A stretch of 64,000 nucleotides of DNA from Vitrella brassicaformis CCMP3155. Its lineage: Eukaryota > Protista > Chromerida. The notes beneath the pieces are model-generated. The model ran no database searches. It saw only the letters and a program-made list of their open reading frames with translations, and had not been told where the DNA came from. The DNA is taken from positions 62,001 to 126,000 of the forward strand of contig CDMY01000277.1 in the NCBI GenBank assembly GCA_001179505.1, in the 5' to 3' direction. Shown here piece by piece: positions 16,504 through 30,042 of this stretch. Position 1 is the first letter of the stretch. Every line of letters begins with the position of its first letter. Position numbers and translations under genes: made by a program.

Positions 16504-16938
16504 TCTTCCTTGAGGGGGTCAGGTCACGGGACGAAAAAAATTGAGTCAAGGGGTGCGGTGGGGAGAGCTGACTGGCCGGCTGTCCTGTTTGTTCAGTCAG
16601 CTGCAGACCCCCTCAGTTTCAATCACACGAGGCCGAGCAAGGCCTTTGCTTCTTCAGTTGTCAGACGACGGGACCACCTCTTGTTCGCCGTCCCTCGCCG
16701 CGAGCGGGAGCATTCCCTGACACACGCGAATCCCGAACGCTCAGCCCTTTTACCTGCGAGCTGGGGGGCTAGTAACGCCTACGATCGCGCAAGTGCAAAG
16801 AAGCGAGTTCTCGGCGTTTCTCGCGGTGTGTGGGAGATGCGGTTGCCGCTCTAGAGAGAGCCAGGAGAGCCAGGCTGCACTTGGTCTGCTAGCTTAGCCC
16901 CGTCTTCGCCCCCTGGCCCCTCTGGAGTGGCCGACAGA

Positions 16939-19900
16939 ATGAAGACCACAGGCATGGAACACCGCCGGAGGTGCGAACATCCCTGCAATGCATGTCTGCC
17001 GCATCGTGCCTTGACGTGTCCACTTGATGGCATTTCTGTCTGTCTGTCTGTCTGTCTGTGTGTGTGCAGCACGTTGATGAGCCAGGGAAGTCCTGGCGCC
17101 CCGCTGGCCGAGCGGAGGGCTTCCTTGATCAACCGTATAATGACCGAGCCTGAGCCGCCGGAGGATGCGACAAAGACGTCTCGCTACAGAAGAGCACTGA
17201 GACGCCTCCGTAGTGGAATCGAACGAAGCTACAGGGCCTTCGACAGGTTCCTGCGTTTGCCTTCCGTCGGACTGGCCTTTGACTCGCTGAATGTGATCTT
17301 CAGGTGGGCACGCAGACGCATCCATCACACGACTTGTGTGCTGACTGACGTAGTCGCATGTCTGTCTCTTTTCTCTGTCGCCAACAGTCTGCTGTCGAGT
17401 ATGTTCTACATCTGGTCAACCTACGATGAGAAGGCAACGTGGATTCCCTTTGCCGAGGACGTCATCAGCATCTTCTTCTTCGCCGACTACGTGATCCGGC
17501 TGTGGGGGGCTCCCCACAAGCTGCACTTCGTGCGGAGCTTCATGGCCATTGTGGATGCTCTGACGCTGGTGCCCTTCATCCTGGACATGGCTGTGTCCTT
17601 CTACGAGGAAGGCCGCTTCAGGCTGGGCGACGGCGAGGAGGCGGTTGGCGAGTTGAGCATACTCTTTGTCTTCCGCGTCTTGCGTATCCTCCGCATCCAG
17701 CGGGCATTCATCTACCTAGAGAACGAAGTCACACAACAGATACTCAGGATACTCCTCACACTCTTCAGGTCAGACCTGTGGGCCAGGGAGGGATGTGGGT
17801 GGAGGCAGACACCAAAAAGATGGATGGCTGGGTCGTTGTCGTGCAGTCTGGCTCTGTTTGGCGCGGGGCTGCTGCAGCGGCTGGAGGAGAAGAACACCGA
17901 GGGGCCCTTCGATTTTCACACCATGCTGTATTTTGTCGTCATAACGATATCCACTGTCGGTGAGTGTCTCGTGCGACCGACTCCAGCCATTACTATACAT
18001 GTCAGCTCATGAATTCAGGCTACGGTGATATCGTGCCCGAGTCGCCGGCGGGTCGGGTTATAGTCTGTGCCCTTCTGGCCTTCTTCTTCATCTCCATCCC
18101 GGTGCAGACCAACGAGCTCTTCAGGCTGATGGGCATGCAGTCGGTGTACGCGCGCAAGACGTACAAGAGCCAGCTGGAGATACCGCACATCATCATCACT
18201 GGTGCACGAGAAAGACACTCGCTGGTCTCGCTCCCCTCAGCAGGCGTCCATGCTGTGTCTGTCTTTCCTTTGTCTGTCCAGGCTGTGTGGACGTCCGGTC
18301 TCTGGAGGGCCTGCTTTTCTCTTTGCACGCGGAGCGACCAGCAGGTGCTCAGGTACATGACATGACCCATTCATTGAGGGTGACGCACAATGGTTGACGC
18401 TTCCTTCCTGTCAACTCGGCATTCAGGATCCCAATGTGGTCATTCTGCAGCCGCTCGCCCCCAGCCCAGCGATGGAGGCCTTCCTACGCCAGCCCAACTA
18501 CGTCGGCAGCATCACGTATCTCCAGGGCTCATCCGTCGACTCACGCGACCTCATCAACCGCTGCCAGGTCGCCAGGGCCGCGGCCACCATCGTGCTGGCC
18601 AACCCGATCGACATCGTGGGTATCGATGACGACCGCTTGAATGTGTTTGCTGCGCTGGTCGTCAAGCACACGGCGAGGAGCGTGGGGGCGGCCGACCACA
18701 AGGTCGTGCTGCAGCTCAATCGGGCGGCGATAGATTTCCACTACTTCGACTCTGACTCCGCCCAGTCGATTGATCAGCCGGTGCCGATCCAGAAGTTCTG
18801 TATGGCACTGCTGGGGATGTCGTGTCTCTGCCCAGGCATCAGCACGCTCGTCTATAACCTCTTCACCCATCCCCGGCAGGAGGAGTCGGCCGCCTTCGAC
18901 AAGGCCACCCCGTGGGAAGAGGACTTCAACATCAGCCGGGCCATGAAGGCAGGTCTCACACGCTGACAGACCGACTGACTGACTGACTCGTCAGGGGTGG
19001 AGCGTCTGATGGTTGGTCGTTTGTGTATGTGTCTGGTGCTTGCTGCAGATCTTCAAGACACCCCTGCCGGCTCACTTTGCGGGCCAGACTTTCTGTCAGG
19101 TGGCCAACAAAGTGTTCAATTCGACCGGTGCCATCCTGTTTGCACTGGAGGTCGATGTGGCCAACACATCTGTGCTCAGACTCAACCCGTCCACGTACAC
19201 GTAAGTCGTGATTGAGTGAGCAGAGCTTCTGTCTCGTCTCATCCATTGCTTCTTCCTTTCTTCGGTCCTTCCTTCGTGCAGCCTGCCTTCATTCGATGAC
19301 AACCTTGTGTCGGCTTACGTGATTGCCGAGGACGCCGAGCAAGCCGCTCTCATCGAAGAGCTCGCTGAGGTGAGTGAGTGAGTGAATCAACGAGACAGAC
19401 TTGTCTGCACACCCACCCACGCGCATCGAGGGAGGGAGAGCCTTCCTCTTTCTCTCTGTCTGTCTGTCTGTCTGTATGCCTGTGCAGGACGGTGGGTTTC
19501 TGGCAGTGACCGGCAAGCGGCGTCGCAAGCGGCCGTCGCAAGGCAGGCAGCACCGACAGGGCAGACCTGAGGGCGACATCAGACTGCTCCCCCAAGACAC
19601 GGGCCAGATGGTAGATGCAGACCTCCTGACTATCCATTCTCCAGCGATGGAGTGCCACTTTCTGTGTTTTTTCTTTCCTCACGGATGGATAGGATGGTCG
19701 TGTGCAGCCCAATCCCTACGAGGACCTCGACGCGCTGTTCGAAGAGTATTGGATACTAAAAGTGAGCAATTACACTCCCACGTGTGCTTTGTGTGTGTGC
19801 GTATTAACACGTGTGTGTGTATCGTTGCACAGGAGGCGTGTCCTTTGGCTGACGTGAAGCTGCAAGGCGACGCGGCCACAATGGACATTCAGGAGCACAT

Positions 19901-21745
19901 CATCGTCTCCAGCAAAGCGCTCCCAGTGAGTCGCTGCGGGATACAGATGGACGACTTCATGCATCGATCACTTCGTGTGTGTGTTTCACTGGTCCATCAG
20001 GAGAACCTGTTGCATCTGATTCTCCCGCTGCGGTCCAAGAGCGCCGCGTCCGTCATACCTATCGTCTTCCTGGTGAGAGAGCCCCCCGCTCCCGGTAGAT
20101 GTGCACATCTCCTGCAGAAGTTCCCCCTGGTCTACTGGACGGAAGGCAATCCGCTCAACAGAGCCGATCTGGTGAGTGAGAGAGGGAGGCACGCCTCCTT
20201 CATATGTGGATCGTCGTTGTGTGGTGGCACCGGCCGTGCAGGAGAGGGCGGGGATTCACGACGCATCCATGGCCATCGTGCTGTCGTGCCCCGCAGACGC
20301 CACATCGATAGGCACCGAGTCCGCAGACTCAACACTGAGAGGCCGCGAGAGCGTTTCTGACTGGCTGCTGGACATCGACACGGTGTTCCAGTACAAGTGC
20401 ATCAAGGGCGCCCGGCCCGACATGCCCGTCTATTGCATGATGATGGTCGCAGACAATGTCGAGTTCCTCGAGGCGTCAACGATCGACGCCCTGCGACGAC
20501 GGATGAATGCGGCAGGGGCGGAGGGAGACCAGCTCAAGGCTCTCATGCCCAGCACGTCGCCGGCCCAGCTGGCTGCCCAGCGGCTGGCCAAGAGATCGAT
20601 GGCTGCTGTTGATGTGCCACCCACGCGCTCGCACCTCGTCGCAGCCGGAGAGGTGTTGCTGGCTGGCTTGGGGGAGTCGCTGACGGTGCAGGCCCTATGG
20701 CACCCACACAGGCTGTCCATCATACGACAACTCATCTTTGTGAGTGAGAAATGCAAGCAAATCCCCAGTCTCCATCGTCTCACCTTGGCAGGAAGAGACT
20801 GAGAGTGATCCGATTGTGAACGCCATCTGCCAGTCCTCCGGATTGCTCCAGTCCCGCTTGTACCTGGTGCCGATGCCCGAGGAGCTTCAGAACCCAACTT
20901 TCGGACAGCTCTTCCACTGGCTCGCCACCGAACACCACATGGTGAGCCAGTCAGTCATGCGCGCCTCCGATAACCCTCCCTTCCATTCTCCTTCCTTGCA
21001 TGTCTCAATCAGATAGCGCTCGGTGCCTACTGCGGGGCCAACGGTCGCTTCTCGCCCCGTCAGAACCGGTCTCCGTATGTGTTCCTCAACCCGCCGTACG
21101 ACACGCGGCTGTCGCACCTCGACCGCATCTATGTCCTCTCGCCGCGGATACCCACCGTATGTCTGTCGGCTTGCATGAACATACTGAAGGACAGACACAA
21201 GCAGGGATATACGGTTTGTCGGGGTGTGTGCAGTCGTTTTATTTCCACAATCGCCATCTGCCCGAGGTTGTGCAGTCACAGGCGTTGATTGCGAGGAGAG
21301 CAGACGTACGCACAGCTGACCGGGACAGATGGAGGAGACATGAGGCAGACATCCATAATCTCTCCTTGTACAATCTCTCTCTCTCTCTCTCTCTGTGCGC
21401 GCGCGTGTGTGTGTGTGTGTGTCCCATTTCAGCACGAGGATGAGATTGCGGCCCTCACTGGCTCCCCTCTCCCCACCGCACAGACAGCCGATGTGCATCA
21501 GGCGCTGGATGACATTGTGGCGTATGTTGAGGGCGTGGACAAGACCGTCACAGCGCTCGAGGAGGCCACCTGGAAGGCCAAGCACGAGCTCAGACAAAAG
21601 GTGGGAGCACAGCATGTTTCATCATGACACGTGTGTGTGTGTGTGTGTGTGTGAGCAGATTCAGGATTGCATCCACGAGGAGCTGCTGCACACGGCCCCC
21701 CCGAGGAAAGGCTCAACCAAGCGTGTGTCGCTCGCTGGCGTCTAG
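16939..21745 (+). CDS. BK/Slo-family potassium channel with two RCK domains and a C-terminal coiled coil, multi-exon
   Basis: S1-S6 helices, S4 LFVFRVLRILRIQR, pore LYFVVITISTV|GYGDIVP, then RCK1 (IPHIIIT...YLQGSSVD...ATIVLAN...DDRLNVFAAL...MALLGMSCLCPGISTLVYNL) and RCK2 (HIIV...LLHLILPLRSKS...IVFL...YWTEGNPLNRADL). Confidence 0.9.
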
Positions 21746-21749
21746 TGTC

Positions 21750-21784
<35 letters not shown>

Positions 21785-22007
21785 GCATAAGGCGATTTCG
21801 ATGTGATATTTGTGTGTGTGGCTGGCAGTGGTGAGACGTGCGATGTTGGATAGGTGGCTTCACGCAGTCAGTATTTGTCTCGTGCAAGCACTCGGAAAAA
21901 GATCACAGACGGAGCTTATTCAGCTCCCATCACATAACGCACCTACCTACCTTCCTTGCTACCTACCTACGACAAATAATAAAGACGGGGTCCTCACAGC
22001 ATGCTCA

Positions 22008-23907
22008 TCACGACCTATACTGGCTGTTCTCAATGACGTATTCGACAGTGAGGTCGGCCCCATACACTCTGCATGACGACTGGCCCAGGTCCATGTCGAC
22101 GTCGATGCGCACCGACCGGTCGTGGCTGGGGAAGTCCGGCTTCTTGCCGCCGATGAAGAGCTCCGCCGACCTCATGTACTCAGTCAGCTTCCGCTCCAAC
22201 TCGGGGGTCAGATTGAAGGCACCGTTGGAGTACACTGAATCCTACACACAAAGACAGGCAGGCCACACATGGCATGGATGGGCACACGCGTCCATTAGTG
22301 GCTCGTCTTAAGTACTCGGTCCATGAAGATCTTGGTCTTCCTGAGCTGCTCGTCGGTCAGGCCCTCCCCCACCCGCCCAAGCGCACTGCCCAATGCGCAC
22401 GCCAGGCGGCCAATGTTCGGATCGTTGCCTGAGGGCAGGCAGGGAAAGAGCGACCCAGAAAGACGTGACAATGGATGTGCAAGCATGTGGGTGCGTGCCT
22501 GCGATAGCTGATTTGAGTAGGGGCGAGTTGATGACGCTCTTGGCCAGCGCCTTGGCGATGGCGAAACTGGGCGCCCTGCTCACATTGCACTCGATCACAT
22601 GCTTCACACCTGCCTCCCCACACACAGAGATGAACACACACTCACATGTGCACACGGAAAGCATCGTCTATCCCTCTGTCACCGACTGGCTGACCTTCTC
22701 CATTGCGGACGATCTCCTTGCTGAGCTGCCGCGACACCTCAAAAAGCGCCTCCTGGAACTCAAGCAGCTGCGCATCGGGGTCACTGTCACCATCACCGCC
22801 TCCCAGCGGCACACGATTCGACGACAGCAGCCAAACAGTATCGGAGGTCGACTCGTCGGCATCGATGCTGATACAGTTGAAGGTCTCAGCCACCACTTTG
22901 TCCAGCGTCTTCTGCAGCGTAGCACGCGGCACGGCCATGTCCGTGAGGATGAAGACGAGCATCGTGGCCATGTTGGGTTCGATCATGCCGGCCCCCTTGG
23001 CCACGCCCACCACCTTGGCGCCGTTCTTGAGGGTGATGCCGAACGCCTTGGGGTAGGCGTCGGTCGTCATGATGGCCCTCGCAAAGTCCGCCACCGAATG
23101 ACTGCCGATGTCCTTCTCCTTCTCCACCTGGAACCGTGACTCGATCAGCTGCGGGATGGCGCTGGCCATCTCCTTCATCGGCAGCTCCCAACCTATGATC
23201 CCCGTCGACGACACTGCGATGTTCTCAGCCGACCAGTCAGGGCCCAGCCCGTTAGCCACGTCCACACACAAGGTCTCTGCCTTGTCCATGCCGTGCTTGT
23301 TGGCCGCGTTGGATATCCGGTTGTTGACCAGCAGACCGCCCATTTTCGTTGACTCGGCCAGCCGCTGTCTGCCGAGCGTCACGGGATGGCCGCAGAAGCG
23401 GTTTTTGGTGAAGACGGCGGCGAAGTTCTCGGAGGGCTTCTCGGTAGTGAGTAGCGCCATGTTGAGCTTGTAGGGCTTCGAGCTCTCCAGGGGCAGCTCC
23501 TGAGGGAAGAAGATGATGTCCTTGGCCACACCCAGGTAGAAGCCCTTGGGCAGCGGCAGGTTCTCCAGCCGGTCATAGTACGCACGTCGGGCCTCTTGTG
23601 CATCGCTGTCTAAGCCATCTTCAGCAGCAGAGCCCAGCAGTGTCTGCAGTGGCCTTCTCCCCTTCCGCAGGCTCGCTAGAAAGGACATCGAATGCTCTGC
23701 TCCCACCCTCCTCCTCAGAGAGAGATCAGACGTCCTCAGTGCCTCTGGTCTCCCGCCGATGAGTCGAGACGAGCTGGTGATGAATGCACTTCCACGACGA
23801 GAAGGTGCCGATGGTAGATCCGTCGCTGCGACTCTCCCACAAGCGCACAGGGCGGCAAGAAATCTGATTTGCAGCACAACCATCAGGTGCAGCGGCGGCC
23901 TCGCCAT
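22008..23907 (-). CDS. argJ: Ornithine/glutamate N-acetyltransferase ArgJ with bipartite (signal + transit) leader, 4 exons
   Basis: AAVFTKNRFCGHPV, LLVNNRISNA, VSSTGIIGWELP, AIMTTDAYPK, KGAGMIEPNMATML (autocleavage Thr), DESTSDT, IVRNGEG, SPLLKSAIA GNDPNIGRL and C-terminal GADLTVEYVIENSQYRS*. The N-terminus has a hydrophobic segment followed by GSAF and a Ser/Arg-rich stretch. Confidence 0.95.
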
Positions 23908-24000
23908 GATGCATGGAAGCGCACGCCTTCGCCGAAAACAACAATTGCGAGCTCAGAAGTAGAAGGGCGATCTGAATGTGCAGCCGGCAAATGGGCTTCG

Positions 24001-27000
24001 ATGAGCATTGAAATCGCCTCTGCAGCTCCTTTGAAGCGCTCCTACCGCGAGATGAGTAACGACGACACGGACCAAGACATGACTGCGGCGGACATCCCGA
24101 GAACGGGCTCGCCACTGGATGCGAGGCTTGAAGAGGCCATGGCGGCATGCAACTCCCTGAGTGCAACGAGTGACCGTGTTGTCCAGGTAAATCATACGCT
24201 TTAGCCGCGAAGCGAAGTGACGGTTGTGAACGGTGGCATGGATCTTGTTGTGGGTCTTTCAGGAGTTGAGGCGGCTGGCAGAGGAGCACACGGCGTTGAT
24301 AGTGGCTATGGGAGGCGAGCCGCAGCCCCGTGACTTCAGCACATACATTCAACTCAACGTCGGCGGGTAGAGCGAAAGAACATGAGTGTGCCACAGGAGA
24401 ATGTGTGTGTGTGTGTGCGTGTGTTCTATTAGGCTGCATCGCACTGTGAAGCGGTCCCTGTTTGCCATTCCTGCCCTGAGCGGCACTGTCGTTGCTGAAT
24501 TGTTCTCTGGCCGATGGGACAAGCCGTTCGTCAAAGACAGCAGTGGACGGCTGTTCCTCGGTGAGATACCTTAACTCAGACAGCCATTCGCCAAAGCACC
24601 CTGTGTGTGTGTGTGTGACCCATTCAGATATCCATCCGCCGGCCTTTGTGTGGCTCGAGCGCCAGGCAGCACGCCACCCCACCGCCCAGCACGAGGACGC
24701 CTTCCTCCTCCCTCCACACTTCGAGGAAGACCCCTGTTTCCACTTCCACGTCAGGCGGCTCCTCAAGCGCGACATCAAGCCCGCAGACACACACACAACG
24801 ACTGCCAGCCCACCCCCGTCGCCGCCCAACACCACCGAGCCAGAGGGGAGCAACAAGCACAGCAGGAGCGCCACACAGCCGCTGGAGGCCCTCATAGCGA
24901 CTTTGCTGAGTGACGCGAGGCGGTTGCAGGAGGTGTGTGACATGCAGGAGAGGCAGAGAATGCAGCTGCGAAGAGTGCAGACATTCCTGAGAGACGGCAG
25001 CGGTGGGGCAGATCGTGATGGGGACGACGTCGTGTCGGTCGATGTGGTCGGGCAGCAGAGTGTGGCCACCACAGTTTCGACAGTGAGGGAGCTGGGGGAG
25101 CATTCGGTGCTCTGTGGGAGGTTTTTGAATGGGTAAGAACCAGCCGAACACACAAGTCAGTGAGGGCCAGCTGGTCGATTTCCTGTCTTGTGTGTCTGGC
25201 TAGGTGGCAGAGTCGCGTGTGTAACGTCAAGCTAGACCACTTCCTGCGTGTCATCGATGTCGCGCGCCGCAAGAGGCTCGAGAAGCTGCTGGCCAGGCTG
25301 CCGCCACTGCCTGGCACATGCACCTCTGGGTGCGAGCGGGCCTCCTCAGGCCCTGGCGATGCGGTCATCGAGACGACGTGGGACAGCATGCCTGACGTCG
25401 GGTGGAAGGGCGTTCCCGCGGGGGAGCGGCGTGTGTTTCTGCAGTGCCTGGAGATGTATGGCATGTAAGTGACCGAAACAGAGACTGACATAGAAATGTG
25501 TGTACTATGTGTGCTGCTGCTGCTGCTGCTGTATTTCATGTATGCAGAGACCACTTCCATCTGCTGACTAATGAGGATCTGCCGGCGCTGCGTGAGTGGA
25601 TTCACGAGCACGACTATGTGACTCCGAGGTTCGAGCTGCCCCCGGCTGTCGGACATCCCTCATTCCGCTGCGTGTACAGGTGTGCCCGCCCTGATACTAG
25701 TCTGATATGACCTCACGATGCCATCGTGACTGATGTGTGTCTTCCTGTTCAAGGGCAACACGTGATGGTTGGAACTACGACCACTTCTTTGAGGCGCTGC
25801 GTGGGCTGCCCGAAATGTGCCCACTGCTCCTGCTGATCCGCGCAGCAGGGACAGGCGAGATCATCTGCCTCTACATCGAAGGAAGACTGGAGCCTGGTCA
25901 GGAGGGCATCAGGCTCCGGCAGTGGCTGATGAGACTGCGGGGGTTCCCACATGCCCGCTGGACGGGCAGGGTCCAACACGGCCCAGGGGCAGCTGGGGAG
26001 AAGGTCTACACAGCAGGTGGGCTTGCGCTCATGGATGGATATGTATGTCTGTACGTTGCAAGTGTGTGTCCGTCTCCTTCACTCATTGATTGATTCGTTT
26101 GTTCAGGTCCTGGAGATGCGCAGAAGGAGATGAGTTTGGAGGACTGCACCTTCTCGCAGCGGTGCCGCATTAGCCTTTTCAGCTCGCATCTCCAGCTGGG
26201 CGTCGTAAAGATGGCCCCTCCTCCACTCCCAGCCTCACCTCAACAAGCCACTGCCAAATCCGCCAGACCATCACCAACCACCGCCCGTCGCATGCGCCCC
26301 ATGTCGAGCGCCGTTCGACGGTCCAAGAAGTCAATGCAGATGCCACTGCTGACATCCGGCACGTCAGCCCCACAACAGCGCGACGAGCAGGCCACACCAG
26401 CACAGGCAGCCAAGGATGAGGGGGAGGAGTCGCGGTCGGCGGGCCCGGCTGCTGCGGCGGCGGCCGCAGCGGTCCAGCCGTGCGTTGCGCTCTCGTCTGA
26501 CGAGAATGACTGGTGCATGGACGGTGAGGCAACGGGAGACGACGACGAGGACGATAAGGGTCGGGCCGCGGCATTGATGGTCGCGGCAGCGGCCAAGAAG
26601 GAGCAGGTGCCATCGGAGCGTCGCGACCCGGAGGTGCCCATGTCGCTGCCGCTGCTGATGGACGCCATGGACAGGCGTCGTGTCCCATCCGTCAAGCGGC
26701 GTGTGGCAGGGCCCGATCAAGGGCCAGGGGACATCCCTGCTCCCCCACCACCCTCTCGGACCCCGCCCCTTCCCACCCCGACGGGATCCGAGAGTGTGGA
26801 CTCAGACGAAGAAGGCGACTGGGGCACCGGCCCTCTCCGCCCACGACAAGCGCTCAAGACAGAGCAGCCATCAGCAGCGATGGATAACGTGGGGTCGGCC
26901 TCTGCTGCTGCTGCTGCTGCTGCTGACGGTGGTGGGAGTCCTAGCGGCTCAGGGGTAGGGCCGATAAGCGAGTCTCTATGCACGGTGCATGTGGGGATGG

Positions 27001-27251
27001 ACAACATGTGGCGGCCGCGTGGATGGCCGCCCAACCAGCCCAAGAGCAAGTCCGGCAGATACGTGCCGCTGGTCACGTCGGAGTGGGACAGCGACCAGGG
27101 CACATTCGACTTTGTGGTGAGAGACAGACACGGACACACGCAGGCACGCAGGCACTGTCGATCGCCCCCATCCATCTGTCGTGTTGTGTTCGTGTCGTGT
27201 GGTGCCATGCAGGCGGATCAGATAGAGGTGCTTACGTGGACCAGCCCGTAG
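24001..27251 (+). CDS. BTB/POZ (two, second degenerate) plus TLDc-like domain protein, multi-exon
   Basis: IQLNVGG|RLHRTVKRSLF...AELFSGRWDKPFVKDSSGRLFL|DIHP (KCTD-type BTB); a second BTB-like VVSVDVVGQQSVATTVSTV...LDHFLRVIDVARR; TLDc-like ATRDGWNYDHFF...LLLLIRA...IICLYIEG and terminal FDFV|ADQIEVLTW*. Confidence 0.75.
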
Positions 27252-27862
27252 CAGCAGGGGGGCAGTGCGAGTGCAGCTGCATCTGCATCTGCCTTGTTTT
27301 GATCAGCTGGGTTGAGAGAGGGGTCCGTGGTTTGGGCGATCTCCATTTCATGCGTCAGTGTCTCCATTTTCTACAACATGTCTCTACTCTGTCGCTCTTT
27401 ACGTGCATGAACTTTCTCGTTGGTTAATGACAGATCAGTCTGTGTGTCTAGACGTGCTGGCAGTGTATGTGTCTGTCGCATTTCCTGCCTCCCCTGTCAT
27501 GTTGTTCTGCGAGCGGGCCTCGTTGCATGTGGATGTTCCACGTGGAAGGCGAGGCTCTAGGCTACGCAGCGCATGAGCGGTGAGGTAGAAGAGATGGCTG
27601 GCGGACACAGATCACTGCTTGTTGTGGATGGACTGGTCAACAACAAGGCTGGGGGGAGACTCGGTACGAGACACGGGTACGCCCTTCGGGTGATCGATTA
27701 GACAGGGATCTGACCAAAGAAGCGTGCGTATGCATGTGCATGTACATGCATTCCGTACACCCATCCATGCACGAATACGTATGAATGTGTCCCTGCCGCT
27801 ATATCCGCAAGCCAGCACAAGCAATCAATCCCCATCCATTCGTCCGTAGCAACCATCATACA

Positions 27863-29950
27863 TCAGAGCTTCAGCTGCGTGACAGCAAGAGCCGTCTCAG
27901 CTCTCAGGAACCCCTGCACGTCATCAGGGGCGCTCAACGGCATCTTCTTAACAGCGTGCTGAATCAACACGTCCCCCCCACCCCCGCCCTTCCTCACTCC
28001 TTCAGGCACAGTCACCGGACCCCTTTTGATGCCCTGAAGAGACACCGCCTTCGCGTCGACAGAGAACCGCCTCCCAGCTGTGGCAGTGAGCTGGTTCACA
28101 CCGATGGGCACTGCAGAAAGCGTGGTCTCACGTTCCGGTGGGCCCTTTTCCGGCTGCTCTTCTTGCTGGCTGGAGGGGGGCCGCCAGTCAAGCGCGGTGC
28201 CATGCGGCTTGATGACAACGCCGCTGGCCGACTTGTATGTCTTTGATGGGGGTGCGCGGATGGTTGTCACTGCGAGATGCGACCCAAGTAGGGACGCCTT
28301 TCTCGGATGGTGGGATGTGGCTGCTGCTGCTGCTGCTGCCTGTGTTGGCTCAGAGAGGGATGTTAGCATGCCATCAAGACGGAGGGCCTGACAATAAGAC
28401 AGGGATAGGCAGGCCGTCATGAAAGAAGGTGCCGTGTCTCTGCTACTGTCTTGCGAGTTCGTGGCTCGCGTGATTGGATGGCTGACCTTCTGTGCAATCT
28501 GCTGAGCCTCCTCCATCTCGCCCGTCTGTTGGGCCCTGTCAACTTCCTGCGACACAGGAGACGTTAAAGACACGACGTCCAATGATGTCTTGTTGCTCTC
28601 GTCTGTTCTCCTGACTTTGTACAGAGCTGCAATGCGCTTCTTCAGGACTCTAGGCTTCAGAGGCCGCCACGGAACAGCAAGAATGTGGTCAATCACCTGG
28701 AGACACATGCGAGATGCCTCAGTACGTATCCGTCTCGGTGTCATCCATTAGTGAATACTCACCTCGGCTGCATCAATCGTCGTGTCTTCCTCACCCTCCC
28801 TTTCCGCGTCAACCGACACGGACACGGCGGCACTCGCATCAGGCGCCTTACCCCTGCACAACGGGTCGGTCCCCAGCTCGGCGGCCAGTGCCTTGACGTC
28901 ATCCACCGTGACCTCACTCTTGTCCCTCCATTGCTCCTTCATCCAAGCCCTCACTTCCACCTGCTCCCAAATGGATAGGAGCTTGTCACAAGTGATGGAC
29001 GCCTTTGCCCTTTTCTCTTCCACAACGCGATTGACAGGTGCACTCCGCTCTTCAGGAGTCTCTGCTTCGCCGAGCTCGCTGAGTGTGTCCGCCATGCCCA
29101 CCGTCTTCTTGAGTCGCTTTTCCTCCAGTGCCCGCCACTTATCGTGAATCTTCTTGGCTTCCTGAAAGCACTCCCTCTCAATAGTGGACATCTTCGAGAA
29201 GCCATAGGCTGAAAGGCGCCTGTAGACTGGCGGGCGGCTTTGATGTGATGGAGGCGGGGGAACCGTTGCGCGAGTGGTCGGCTGCAGTGGTGCTGAAGGC
29301 GCTGCTGTCTTCTTGGCTGAGTCAAGGAACGGCACGATCTGCGCAGCTCTGATTCGCTCGATGGCCGTGACCTCATGTCTGTCGAGGACCTGCAATTGAG
29401 GCAGATGGTAGATGACTCTAAGCCTGTAGTCGGGCTCCTCCGCCACAGGATTTCCAAAGAGGTCAAGCTTCTTGAGGAACCGAAAGGCCTTCAGCACAGA
29501 TAGGAGCCGCTCAAGGTTGCGGAGGCAGTTGTTCGACGCTGAGAACACCTCCAGAAACCTGAAAAGAAGAAGAGAAATCGAATTCTGCACTGTATACGTC
29601 CTCGTCTTCCTCACTTGAAGCGACGCAGAGAAGAATTCTGAAGAGTTACGAGTCGGTTGTTCTCCACATAGACCTGCACACACAGCAGAGTCGGACACGT
29701 AACACCATTGGGTGTGTGTGAATGAGTGGCAGTGGTACTGGCGTACCTCTTTGACTCTGAAGTTGCCATCCAGGTTGTTGAGGTGGGTAAGTTGGTTGTC
29801 CGACAGCCAAAGGACGGCGACATTTGGGAACTTCTTGAAGTCCTCGCTGAGCACGTGTCCCTGCCTGCCCGCGAGGTAGACATTTTCGCATTTCTTGGCT
29901 GCTTCGCCCGTCTTCAGGGACACACATTGCCATGGGTCAAGCACCTTCAT
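27863..29950 (-). CDS. Leucine-rich repeat protein, LRRC72-like (SDS22-type LRRs plus LRRcap, long low-complexity tail)
   Basis: FKKFPNVAVLWLSDNQLTHLNNLDGNFRVKE|VYVENNRL...|FLEVFSASNNCLRNLERLLSVLKAFRFLKKLDLFGNPVAEEPDYRLRVIYHLPQLQVLDRH (LRRcap). The last exon is 27863 to ~28710. Confidence 0.8.
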
Positions 29951-30042
29951 CGTCGCTCAGAGCGGACTTCGAGTCGGAGACGGCCCCCACCGTGCCCCCA
30001 CGAACAAAACTGAACCACTCAGGCTGTCACTGGCAGACAGCA

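Noticed and set aside
23726-25153. 475-aa minus-strand ORF
   Set aside because: It lies antisense to the well-supported BTB exons and crosses their microsatellite introns; a shadow ORF of GC-rich sequence.
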